Origin: Promethearchaeota archaeon
Lineage (GTDB): Archaea > Asgardarchaeota > Lokiarchaeia > Sigyniarchaeales > SOKP01
Length of the DNA stretch: 26,505 nucleotides
Assembly: GCA_048938855.1 (NCBI GenBank)
Contig: JBHLLT010000033.1
Location: 1 to 26,505, forward strand
Direction: 5' to 3'
Under the pieces are notes generated by a model. The model saw only the letters and a list, made by a program, of their open reading frames with translations. It was not told where the DNA came from and did not search any database. Below are positions 17,649-26,120 of this stretch, in pieces. Both the position numbers and the translations under genes were made by a program. Numbering within the stretch: the first letter of the stretch is position 1; each line of letters starts with the position of its first letter.

Positions 17649-18668
17649 TTATAAATTTTTTAATCTAGGGTCTAAAGCATCTCTTAAGCCATCACCAAGA
17701 AGCATAAAACCTAATACTGTAAGCAATATCATGAATCCAGGCCACAGAGAGGCCCATGGTGCAGAGTATAGATTAGTTCTGGCAAAATTAATATCATTTC
17801 CCCATTCTATCATATTGGGGTCACTAAACCCTAGATATGCAAGTGCTGCTAGGCTTAAAATCCATGCTCCAATATTGAAGGTAACTGAAATAATTATTGG
17901 TTGAATTACATTAGGTAGTATATGTCGAAACATTATTCTCCCATTTCCTGCCCCTGCAACTTTAGCTGCTTGAATATATGGTAATTCTCTTGCTTGCAAC
18001 ACATTACCCCTAATCAATCTAGCATAAAATGGAATACCTAAAATACCCCATACAATCAATATATATTGAATTTGTTGTCCAACAATTGAGATCATCACCA
18101 AAGCAAGAATTAATCCCGGAAAGGCTAATAAAATATCACACAATCTCATTAAAATTGAATCAACCCATCCACGATAATAGGCTGCTATAATTCCAATAAT
18201 TACTCCACCAACTACACTCACCCCTATTGATGGCAAAGCCGCTGATAATGAAGAACGTGCTCCAAACATTAATCTTGATAACACATCATACCCTAATTCT
18301 GATTGTCCTAGTGGATGCGCTGGTGATGGGAAACTCCATGCTCCAGGATGACTAACGGTTACATACTCTATAGGATAAGGTGAAAGCCAGTGACAGAAAA
18401 CCGCTATAGATACAACAGTAAACACGATAACAATACCTGTGACTGTCAAAATTGATTTAAATCGTCGAATAAATTTTCTCTTACCTCTTATTCTTTCAAA
18501 TTCAATTTCTCGTTGTGTTAAATCATCTAATCTAGATCCTGGGAAAAACAAGAATTTTAGGTTTTTAAAAGCCCATGAAATCACATTTGCTGATACTTTT
18601 TCTTCTTCTGGAATTCCTTCTGTTACTAATTCTAATTCCATTTCATAAGGTTTTTCCAAATTTCTCAT
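17649..18668 (-). CDS. dppC: Peptide/nickel ABC transporter permease, DppC/OppC type, with N-terminal extension
   Basis: HPLGQSELGYDVLSRLMFGARSSL, EAA loop YIQAAKVAGA...RHILPN, LLGDGLRDALDPR. Confidence 0.9.
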   Translation of the reverse strand: MRNLEKPYEMELELVTEGIPEEEKVSANVISWAFKNLKFLFFPGSRLDDLTQREIEFERIRGKRKFIRRFKSILTVTGIVIVFTVVSIAVFCHWLSPYPIEYVTVSHPGAWSFPSPAHPLGQSELGYDVLSRLMFGARSSLSAALPSIGVSVVGGVIIGIIAAYYRGWVDSILMRLCDILLAFPGLILALVMISIVGQQIQYILIVWGILGIPFYARLIRGNVLQARELPYIQAAKVAGAGNGRIMFRHILPNVIQPIIISVTFNIGAWILSLAALAYLGFSDPNMIEWGNDINFARTNLYSAPWASLWPGFMILLTVLGFMLLGDGLRDALDPRLKNL

Positions 18669-18701
18669 CTCATTATTATTTTTCTGTTTCTTAAATTTAT
18701 A

Positions 18702-19730
18702 TTAGAATCTAATTCGTGGATCTAATATCGCATATAATAGATCTGTTATTAGAGTAGCCATTACAAATATAATTGTTATAATAAATACAACTGCGTTTAT
18801 CAACCAGTAATCTATCAAATTGATCGCCTGTACAAGTAATGAACCCATTCCATTTAATCCAAATGTTGTTTCCGTAAGTACTGCTCCTGCTAACAATCCT
18901 GCCACATTTAACCCAATAACGGTCACCGTGGGTATCATTGAATTTTTAAGGGCATGCTTATGTATTACCGCCTTTTCCTTACACCCTTTTGCTCTCGCAG
19001 TCCTCACATAATCTTGCTGTAACACTTCTAGCATACTTGATCGTGTTTGTCTCACAATTCCCGCAAGTGTGACAAATGCAAGACAGAATACTGGTAGAAT
19101 TAAGTGATAGAGATAATCCGGTATTTTGTATAATTGCCCTGATATAAGAGCATCAATCATATAAAATCCTGAAATCATTGGTGGATCTTCAAAATCGATG
19201 TTTTTATAGTAAGTACCCGGAAAAATGGGCACTAAATAGGCAAGCGTGTATTGGAGGATCATTCCAAGAAAGAATATTGGGACCGCAACTCCGATAAGTG
19301 CCATACCTCTAAAGGCAGTGTCTCGTAATTTATTTCTATGGGTTGCTGAAATAACTCCGATCTTAATTCCTAAATATGAGGCTATTATCATTGAGAAAAT
19401 CGTCAAATCTATTGTCCTAGGTAATCTTAGCATAATAAGGGTCCACACAGGGGTTTGCCTCGCAACAGAAACTGATATACCCCAGTTTCCTGTAAATAAA
19501 TCACCCAAATATCTAAAATATTGAACAACAATGGGGAGATCGAGACCATATAATCTCCTATACTGAGCAACAATTTGAGGTAATGGATCGGATATACCCA
19601 TTGCTTCTAATAATGCGTAGATTGGATCGCCGGGCATCAATCGAGAAAGAATAAATGTTAAAGTCAACACTCCAAATATAACTGGTATTGCTGCTAATAA
19701 TCTTCGTACTATATATTTTAGCATACTCAT
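18702..19730 (-). CDS. dppB: Peptide/nickel ABC transporter permease, DppB/OppB type
   Basis: YIVRRLL, MPGDP, GLDLPIVVQY, TRSSMLEVLQQDYVRTARAKG, HALKN, TETTFGLNGMG, LYAILDPRI. Start is ATG 19730 (alternative 19739). Confidence 0.92.
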   Translation of the reverse strand: MSMLKYIVRRLLAAIPVIFGVLTLTFILSRLMPGDPIYALLEAMGISDPLPQIVAQYRRLYGLDLPIVVQYFRYLGDLFTGNWGISVSVARQTPVWTLIMLRLPRTIDLTIFSMIIASYLGIKIGVISATHRNKLRDTAFRGMALIGVAVPIFFLGMILQYTLAYLVPIFPGTYYKNIDFEDPPMISGFYMIDALISGQLYKIPDYLYHLILPVFCLAFVTLAGIVRQTRSSMLEVLQQDYVRTARAKGCKEKAVIHKHALKNSMIPTVTVIGLNVAGLLAGAVLTETTFGLNGMGSLLVQAINLIDYWLINAVVFIITIIFVMATLITDLLYAILDPRIRF

Positions 19731-19895
19731 TAAAACCATCCTAGTCCTTTTCTTTTTTTAAATTTTTACTCAAAAAATATCCTTAAATCATTTCTTTTGA
19801 CATATTTACTTTTCTTGACATATCATAATTTTTAGACTTGAAAATATTCATAGTCTTCACAAATAGATATAAATTCTAGCGTTAAATACATTTAT

Positions 19896-19915
19896 TTGTT
19901 CAAACATTCGAACAA
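19896..19915. promoter_or_regulatory. Imperfect palindrome TTGTTCAAA-CA-TTCGAACAA, candidate operator
   Basis: 9-bp arms with one mismatched pair, in the divergent region between dppB and the winged-helix gene. Confidence 0.45.
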
Positions 19916-20004
19916 TCTTAATAAATCATAAAATTTAATTTATTATTTTCAATAATATATAAAAATTGTAAATCTTTCAACCATATTGAAAAAATGAATA
20001 ATAT

Positions 20005-20790
20005 ATGAAGAGATTTGAAGAAAATAATGATATTAAAGAAAAAAATGAATATATTTATAGAATTAAATCAAGAAAAATTCGCATAAAACCTTTAGTAAGT
20101 TTTTATCTCAAAAGGGTGATTAATTCTCTAACGATCCTTCAGGGGATAATGACAATCTGTTTTTTATTTTTCTATTTTCAAAAAGTAATAACACTTGAGA
20201 TTATTATTTTCTATCTATATTTCTCAATAATAATTTTCATTACTTATGGTTTTTTGATTTTTAGTATTCATTTTTTAGAAAGACCTGATATTGAAAAAGT
20301 TATACCTGAATCTACGCAAATCTTAGAAGAGTTAACCGAAGTCAAACCTGAACTTACTGAAGAATTCTTACAAGGCAAAACTCTTCAAGTTTATTGGTAT
20401 TTTTTTACAAAAAGACAGGCTGGAGTTAGGGAGATTCAGAAGGCATTGAATATTTCATCCTCTGGAACAGTTTCTTATCAAATAACAAAGTTGTTAAAAG
20501 CAGGAATTATATCAAAGGATGATGAAGAAGGAAAGTATTCTATTAAACAAGATCTCAAAATAGGAATATTGAAATTGTTTGTTCGGATTGGTAATAGAAC
20601 TATGCCCCGAATTTCATTATATCTTTTAATTTATTCATTTGGTTTTATTACTTTCTTAATTCTCGCTATAATTCAAGGGATTGATTTCTTCTCAGACCCA
20701 ATAAATCTAACATTATTATGTTTTTTAATTATAGGTACAATAATTTTTATTATAGAATCATTTAAAATTAGGAAATTGAAACCATTATGA
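20005..20790 (+). CDS. Membrane-anchored winged-helix transcription regulator (2 TM - wHTH - 2 TM)
   Basis: GKTLQVYWYF...GVREIQKALNISSSGTVSYQITKLLKAGIISK...GKY is an ArsR-like wHTH, flanked by two N-terminal and two C-terminal hydrophobic helices. Confidence 0.8.
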   Translation: MKRFEENNDIKEKNEYIYRIKSRKIRIKPLVSFYLKRVINSLTILQGIMTICFLFFYFQKVITLEIIIFYLYFSIIIFITYGFLIFSIHFLERPDIEKVIPESTQILEELTEVKPELTEEFLQGKTLQVYWYFFTKRQAGVREIQKALNISSSGTVSYQITKLLKAGIISKDDEEGKYSIKQDLKIGILKLFVRIGNRTMPRISLYLLIYSFGFITFLILAIIQGIDFFSDPINLTLLCFLIIGTIIFIIESFKIRKLKPL

Positions 20791-20981
20791 TAAATATATA
20801 GAATTTTGTTAAGAAAAAAAGAAAATAGTATTAAGAATTGACTTAATCTTTTAATAAGTGATTTTAATTATCCCCTTTCCTATTGTATATAAAGTTAAAG
20901 GTATTTATTACCTTTATAATCGCAAATGTTTAAAAACAAATTCTTTAACTATTTTATTACATGGTTTAAGGATGAGAATAA

Positions 20982-22235
20982 ATGGCTGAAAATAACATAA
21001 AAACATTCAAACTTAATTTTGATGGAACTTTCGATGAGATATCTTATGAAAACATAAAAGAAGTCTTTACAATTGTAAATATATTAGCAATTTATATCAA
21101 AAAAATAAAAACGATGTACATATGGATTGGGAGAAATGCCACTCAAGCCTTAAAAAACCATATTTCTCAAATCCGTGTATTATTGAAAGATGAATTCCCT
21201 GATTTTCGAATTATCAGGAATATCACTTTTGATATGGGAACAGAACCATTTGAATTTTTTAATAATCTAAATATGGAAAAAGAAGAACTTTATGAAATCA
21301 TTAATTATCAAGAAAAAACAATTCTACCTATTTTAGAAAAAGTTGAAGGGTTAAAAGAAAACTCAGAGAAATTAATGCAATCTGAGCAATATAAAGATGC
21401 TATTGAATTATTAAAAAAAATAATCAAATTAGCTAAAAAGATAGAAGATGATGCTCTGATAGCTGAGCAAACAAGATTGATTTCTCAGTTAACAGAGAAA
21501 TATGAAAATAAAGAAATTGTTAATGAAATTGATGTAGAGACAAAAGAAATTGAAAAAGAATATAATTACTTAGTAAATAATAATAATCTATTAGAAGCCC
21601 ATAATTTAATCCAAAATTTTAAAAAAAAGTATGAAGGAAAATATAATTTATCATTAATCCCCCATACAAAAGAGCTAATTTTGAAAGAAAAAAGAATATG
21701 GTCTTCAGAGCAAGAGAGATTAACAAACATTCTAAGTAAACTTGAAAAAGAATTAAATTTCTCATTAGAAAGCCGTGATGTAAATAAAGCAACTGATATT
21801 TTCGAAGAAGGATTAAGATTCTTTGCTAATTTAATAGATGACAACATCAAGATCAAATGGAATGGGTTAGAAAAAAAAATACAAGAGACTAATGAAAAAA
21901 TAGAAAGAAAAAAATTCGAAGAAAAACAAGCTGAACTTAAGACTGAACTTTCGAAACTGGAAGAAAAATTCTTTGCATCTATAAAGATATTTGAATTTGA
22001 GGAAATGAACAATATTTTCAAAAGTAGTTCAAATTTTCTCTCTGAGGTTGTAGACGATAATATCAAGCAAAAATGGCAGGAATTTAGAGATAAATATAAA
22101 AATGCCACCCAACTTTTAGATATCATAGAATATCTGAGCAAAAATGCCATTAATGCTTTAAATAATCGTTCTTTTTCAGAATCTTTAGATTCTTTCACAC
22201 AAATTATAACCCATTTACAAGAGTACAAGAAATAA
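20982..22235 (+). CDS. Gelsolin-like domain protein with C-terminal helical repeats
   Basis: The N-terminal ~105 aa carry ILAIY...MYIWIGRNATQALK...ITFDMGTEPFEFF, matching the gelsolin pattern [IV]xxWxG..S/T...K...GxExxxF. The rest is E/K-rich and helical, with two repeats 72 aa apart ending DDNIKxKW. Confidence 0.7.
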   Translation: MAENNIKTFKLNFDGTFDEISYENIKEVFTIVNILAIYIKKIKTMYIWIGRNATQALKNHISQIRVLLKDEFPDFRIIRNITFDMGTEPFEFFNNLNMEKEELYEIINYQEKTILPILEKVEGLKENSEKLMQSEQYKDAIELLKKIIKLAKKIEDDALIAEQTRLISQLTEKYENKEIVNEIDVETKEIEKEYNYLVNNNNLLEAHNLIQNFKKKYEGKYNLSLIPHTKELILKEKRIWSSEQERLTNILSKLEKELNFSLESRDVNKATDIFEEGLRFFANLIDDNIKIKWNGLEKKIQETNEKIERKKFEEKQAELKTELSKLEEKFFASIKIFEFEEMNNIFKSSSNFLSEVVDDNIKQKWQEFRDKYKNATQLLDIIEYLSKNAINALNNRSFSESLDSFTQIITHLQEYKK

Positions 22236-22254
22236 AGATCTCAGGTGAAAAGAT

Positions 22255-23262
22255 TTGACTGAAGATAAAACAGAACCTATTGAAGAAGTAATGGAAAAAG
22301 AAGAAAAAAGAAAAATTAGAGTTGTTGAACAAATTGATAATCGACTCGCTATTCAAGGTCAGGCATATATAAAAGGAAAACTAAAAGAAGCTTTATCAGT
22401 TGCATATGAAATAATAGATTTAGCAAAACCAGAGAAATTGAATTCATTTGTTAAAGATCAAGAAGATTTAATTGCTCGAATTAAAAATCTTTTGAAAGAA
22501 AAAGAAGAAAGCGAACTTGAACAGCTGCATGCTGAACAAGAAAGAAAGAACCTCGAGAAGATAAATAAATTAAAAAATGACATAAGCAATTTAGAATATA
22601 GTTATAAAGCAGGAATGGATGCTGAAGATCTCTCAAAAACTAAAGAATCGATAGAAAAAGCAAAAACTTTACTTTCACAACTTGATAATGAAATGGATCT
22701 CAAGAAAAAATGGAAAGAATTTGAAATAAAATATTTAGATAACAAACTGAAGAGAGAACTTATTGATAAAGCTCAAAAATTAATTGAAGAGAGTATTACT
22801 CTAAAACAGAAATTTCAATTTAATGAACTTAAACCAAAGCTAGCAGATATTATAGAAAAATTTAAGGAAAATAATATAAAAGAACATATAGATGAATTAG
22901 AGTTTATTCAAAATGATATCTTAAATGATGAAAAAACTTACCTAAATACTTTAGAAAATATTGAAAATTTAACCAAAGAGATTAAAAATCTCCAAAATAA
23001 ACAAGATTTTAGAAATGCTATTACACAATGCGAAAAACTCTTGAAACTTGCAGAATCTATAGAAAAACTAGACGTGATTAAAGAATGTTCAGAGATTTTA
23101 GCAAATCTGCAAAAAGCTTCAGAATTTGAAGAATTGAAAGATTCAGTAAACAAACTAAATAATGAAGGATTAGATTTATTAAAAAAAGGAGATATCTCCT
23201 CTTCTCTTAAAAAATTTGAAATAATAAAAGGAGCTATAGTATTTTATTTAGAACAACAATAA
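22255..23262 (+). CDS. Helical-repeat/coiled-coil protein related to the C-terminal part of the upstream gelsolin-like protein
   Basis: TTG start with SD AGGTGA and a 19-nt gap; all-alpha E/K/L-rich sequence; shares repeat types with the upstream protein (ISNLE...DLKKKWKEFEIKY; DFRNAITQCEKLLKLAE). Confidence 0.75.
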   Translation: MTEDKTEPIEEVMEKEEKRKIRVVEQIDNRLAIQGQAYIKGKLKEALSVAYEIIDLAKPEKLNSFVKDQEDLIARIKNLLKEKEESELEQLHAEQERKNLEKINKLKNDISNLEYSYKAGMDAEDLSKTKESIEKAKTLLSQLDNEMDLKKKWKEFEIKYLDNKLKRELIDKAQKLIEESITLKQKFQFNELKPKLADIIEKFKENNIKEHIDELEFIQNDILNDEKTYLNTLENIENLTKEIKNLQNKQDFRNAITQCEKLLKLAESIEKLDVIKECSEILANLQKASEFEELKDSVNKLNNEGLDLLKKGDISSSLKKFEIIKGAIVFYLEQQ

Positions 23263-23271
23263 AGTTCTATT

Positions 23272-24057
23272 TTAACTTTTCATTTGCCCATATATAATCA
23301 CAGTATCATACTCAAACCTAATAAATCCATCTTTTTGAAATTTTTCAAATAATTGCTTTAAATCAAGCAACATATCATTATACTTAGGGTTATCATCTAA
23401 GGGGATATATGAAGTAGAAAGTAATCTACCTTCTAAGCCATCGTAATCAAATATTTGAACATTATCATAATTTACCTTATAATAATTGTTTTTTGATTCA
23501 GAACCGCCGAAGAATTTATTAAATTCAAGTTTGCGCTTCTCAATGGCTTTATAATCTGTCCCATATTTTAAAAGAAATTTTTCATATTCTTTCAAGAATT
23601 CATTAGTATGCTTTTTTCGGCGGTTCCAAATTAAAACAACCCATCCATCAGTTCTAAGAATACGAGAGAATTCTATTCTGGTTTTTTCTAAATCAAACCA
23701 ATGAAATGCTTGGCCAGCTGTAATAATATCAATACTATTTGTTTCTAAGTTAATTTTTTCAGCAGATCCATCCATACTAATAAACTTTGAATATTTTCCA
23801 AGTAATTTTTCTGCAGCTGTTCTCATATCACTATTTGGTTCAATTCCATAGACTTCATTGCCTTCCTTAAGAAATAATTCACTTAATATACCAGTACCTG
23901 AGCCAATATCTGCAATTCTAGAATTAGATGATAAAATTTTTTTTTCTTTTAAAAAATTGATTATTTCTTGGGGATATCTGGGTCTATATTTGATATATCT
24001 ATCCACTCTTGAAGAAAACCGCTTTTTCGGATCTTGCTTGAATTTTTTATCAAACAT
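23272..24057 (-). CDS. Class I SAM methyltransferase, Tmt1/Crg1-like small-molecule type
   Basis: YIKYRPRYP, ADIGSGTG, GIEPN, DIITAGQAFHWFDLEK, ILRTDGWVVLIWN. Confidence 0.85.
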   Translation of the reverse strand: MFDKKFKQDPKKRFSSRVDRYIKYRPRYPQEIINFLKEKKILSSNSRIADIGSGTGILSELFLKEGNEVYGIEPNSDMRTAAEKLLGKYSKFISMDGSAEKINLETNSIDIITAGQAFHWFDLEKTRIEFSRILRTDGWVVLIWNRRKKHTNEFLKEYEKFLLKYGTDYKAIEKRKLEFNKFFGGSESKNNYYKVNYDNVQIFDYDGLEGRLLSTSYIPLDDNPKYNDMLLDLKQLFEKFQKDGFIRFEYDTVIIYGQMKS

Positions 24058-24107
24058 TAAAATAATAAATATAAAAAGAATAAAAAAAATTGTTATTGGT
24101 TTTTATT

Positions 24108-26033
24108 TTAATTATGCTTCTGTTTGATTAAGGTTAATTTCCCACCAGCCATTAACTCTTCTAAATCTTGCTTACTTAAAGAATGAGTTAATGGTATTTC
24201 TAAATTTTTAGTAAGGATTTTTAAAGAGACTTTACCGGATTTTATTGTTGATAAATCTACTTCAAATTGGTCTCCTTGGTCTATTTTATTATAGTCTTCT
24301 TTATTTTCAAAGGTCAATGGAACAATTCCAAAATTGACTAGATTAGCTAGATGGATACGAGCAAAGCTTTTAACTATAACAGCTTTAATTCCAAGATATT
24401 TAGGGGCGATGGCTGCATGTTCACGGCTTGAACCTTGTCCATAGTTATCTCCTCCTACAATAAATCCTCCAGATTTTGCAAGTGATCTATCATGAAAAGA
24501 CTCATCAATTACATTGAAAACAAATTTACTAATCTCAGGGATGTTACTTCTTAAAGGTAAAATTTTAGCCCCAGCTGGCATAATATGATCAGTTGTAATA
24601 TCATCCTCTACTTTTAAAAGTACCTCTCCCTCTAGTTTATCTGGTAAGGGATTAAATTCTGGTAACGGTTTAATATTAGGTCCTCTGATAATTTCTACAT
24701 TCTTAGCTTCATCGGGAGGTAATGGTGGAATTATCATATTATCATTAACTATAAATTTCTTTGGCATCGTATACTTTGGAAGCTTACCAAACTTTCGAGG
24801 ATCAGTTATTTTACCTTGTATAGCTGCCATAGCCGCTGTTTCTGGACTTACTAAGTAAGCATTAGCACTTTTTGTACCTGTTCTTCCCAAAAAGTTTCTA
24901 TTAAATGTTCTTAGGGAAACAGCATTACTTTTAGGAGCTAAACCCATTCCTATACATGGTCCACATGCATTTTCCAATATTCTTGCACCTGCTTTTACCA
25001 AATAACCCATTTCACCTGAATCAATCATATGATTTACAACTTGTCGTGACCCTGGTGATACTGTTAAAACAGTATTTAGAGCTATAGTTTTATCCTTTAA
25101 CATATTTGCACTTACTTTAAGATCTCTTAAAGAAGAGTTAGTGCAACTACCAATACATACTTGGTCTACATTCAATCCTTCTAATTCTTTTACAGTCTTA
25201 ACATTACCAGGGCTATGAGGTTCAGCAATTAAAGGTTCTAATTCACTTAAGTTTATTTCGATTGTTTCATCGTAGACAGCATCATTGTCTGGTTCTAATT
25301 GAATCCACTGATCTCCTCTTTCTTGTGCCTCTAAAAATTCTTTTGTAATTTCATCAGAAGGAAAGACCGATGTAGTTGCTCCAGTTTCTGTTCCCATATT
25401 AGTAATTGTGCCTCTTTCAGGAACTGATAATGTTTTTATTCCAGGTCCACTATATTCTAATATTTTATTTACTGCTCCTTTAACACCAATCCTCCTTAAT
25501 ACTTCTAAGATTACATCTTTGGCAGAAACGAAATCAGGTAGTTTTCCTGTAAGATAAACCTGTACAACATTTGGCATTTTTAATCTAAATGGTTCTCCTG
25601 CCATGGCAGCAGCTACGTCAAGTCCACCAGCTCCAATTGCTAATGATCCTACACCCCCTCCAGTTGGGGTATGACTATCACTCCCAAGTAAAGTTCTCCC
25701 TGGGCGCGCAAATCTTTCTAGATGTAACTGATGACATATACCATTTCCAGGTCTAGAAAAATATAATCCATATTTAGCTGCTATACTTTGAAGATATCGA
25801 TGATCATCTGGATTTTTAAAATCAGTTTGTAAAGTATTATGGTCAACATAACTCACAGATAATTCAGTTTGTACTCGGGAAATTCCCATGGCTTCAAATT
25901 GCAGATATGCCATTGTTCCAGTAGCATCTTGGGTTAATGTCTGGTCTATTTTTATTGCTATATCAGTACTTTTTTCTAATTCTCCTTCAACTAAATGCTG
26001 TTCTAAGATTTTTTCAGTTAACGTTTTTCCCAT
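24108..26033 (-). CDS. Aconitate hydratase (short, Aquifex-type putative aconitase family)
   Basis: DQTLTQDATGTMA, DHN, GICHQ, DSHT, GSCTNSS and CGPCIGMG ([4Fe-4S] Cys), TFNRNF, ITTDHI, NYGQGSSREHA, SFARIH. ATG 26033 is preferred over TTG 26045. Confidence 0.92.
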   Translation of the reverse strand: MGKTLTEKILEQHLVEGELEKSTDIAIKIDQTLTQDATGTMAYLQFEAMGISRVQTELSVSYVDHNTLQTDFKNPDDHRYLQSIAAKYGLYFSRPGNGICHQLHLERFARPGRTLLGSDSHTPTGGGVGSLAIGAGGLDVAAAMAGEPFRLKMPNVVQVYLTGKLPDFVSAKDVILEVLRRIGVKGAVNKILEYSGPGIKTLSVPERGTITNMGTETGATTSVFPSDEITKEFLEAQERGDQWIQLEPDNDAVYDETIEINLSELEPLIAEPHSPGNVKTVKELEGLNVDQVCIGSCTNSSLRDLKVSANMLKDKTIALNTVLTVSPGSRQVVNHMIDSGEMGYLVKAGARILENACGPCIGMGLAPKSNAVSLRTFNRNFLGRTGTKSANAYLVSPETAAMAAIQGKITDPRKFGKLPKYTMPKKFIVNDNMIIPPLPPDEAKNVEIIRGPNIKPLPEFNPLPDKLEGEVLLKVEDDITTDHIMPAGAKILPLRSNIPEISKFVFNVIDESFHDRSLAKSGGFIVGGDNYGQGSSREHAAIAPKYLGIKAVIVKSFARIHLANLVNFGIVPLTFENKEDYNKIDQGDQFEVDLSTIKSGKVSLKILTKNLEIPLTHSLSKQDLEELMAGGKLTLIKQKHN

Positions 26034-26057
26034 TTTCTTCCACAAAATTCAATAATT

Positions 26058-26087
26058 TTTAGCATTTCAGTACTTTTAGATGCTAAA
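26058..26087. promoter_or_regulatory. Inverted repeat TTTAGCAT-N14-ATGCTAAA upstream of aconitase
   Basis: Perfect 8-bp arms between a TATA-like TTTAATAG (minus strand, 26106-26113) and the ATG. Confidence 0.45.
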
Positions 26088-26120
26088 GTAATTAAAATTA
26101 AAATCCTATTAAATTTTACT

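Noticed and set aside
21566-22228. 220-aa minus-strand ORF rich in F/S/L
   Set aside because: In-register antisense of an E/K-rich helical gene; the composition mirrors those codons and there are no motifs.
1991-24127. Other short track ORFs (1991, 5785, 6690, 6706, 10144, 11232, 12009, 14287, 16380, 18439, 18820, 19246, 22938, 23858)
   Set aside because: All overlap well-supported genes on the opposite strand and have no recognisable motifs.
24108-26033. Isopropylmalate isomerase or homoaconitase
   Set aside because: It is a single-chain ~640-aa protein with a C-terminal swivel domain and QDATGTMA motif, sits among TCA genes, and has no leu/lys genes nearby.
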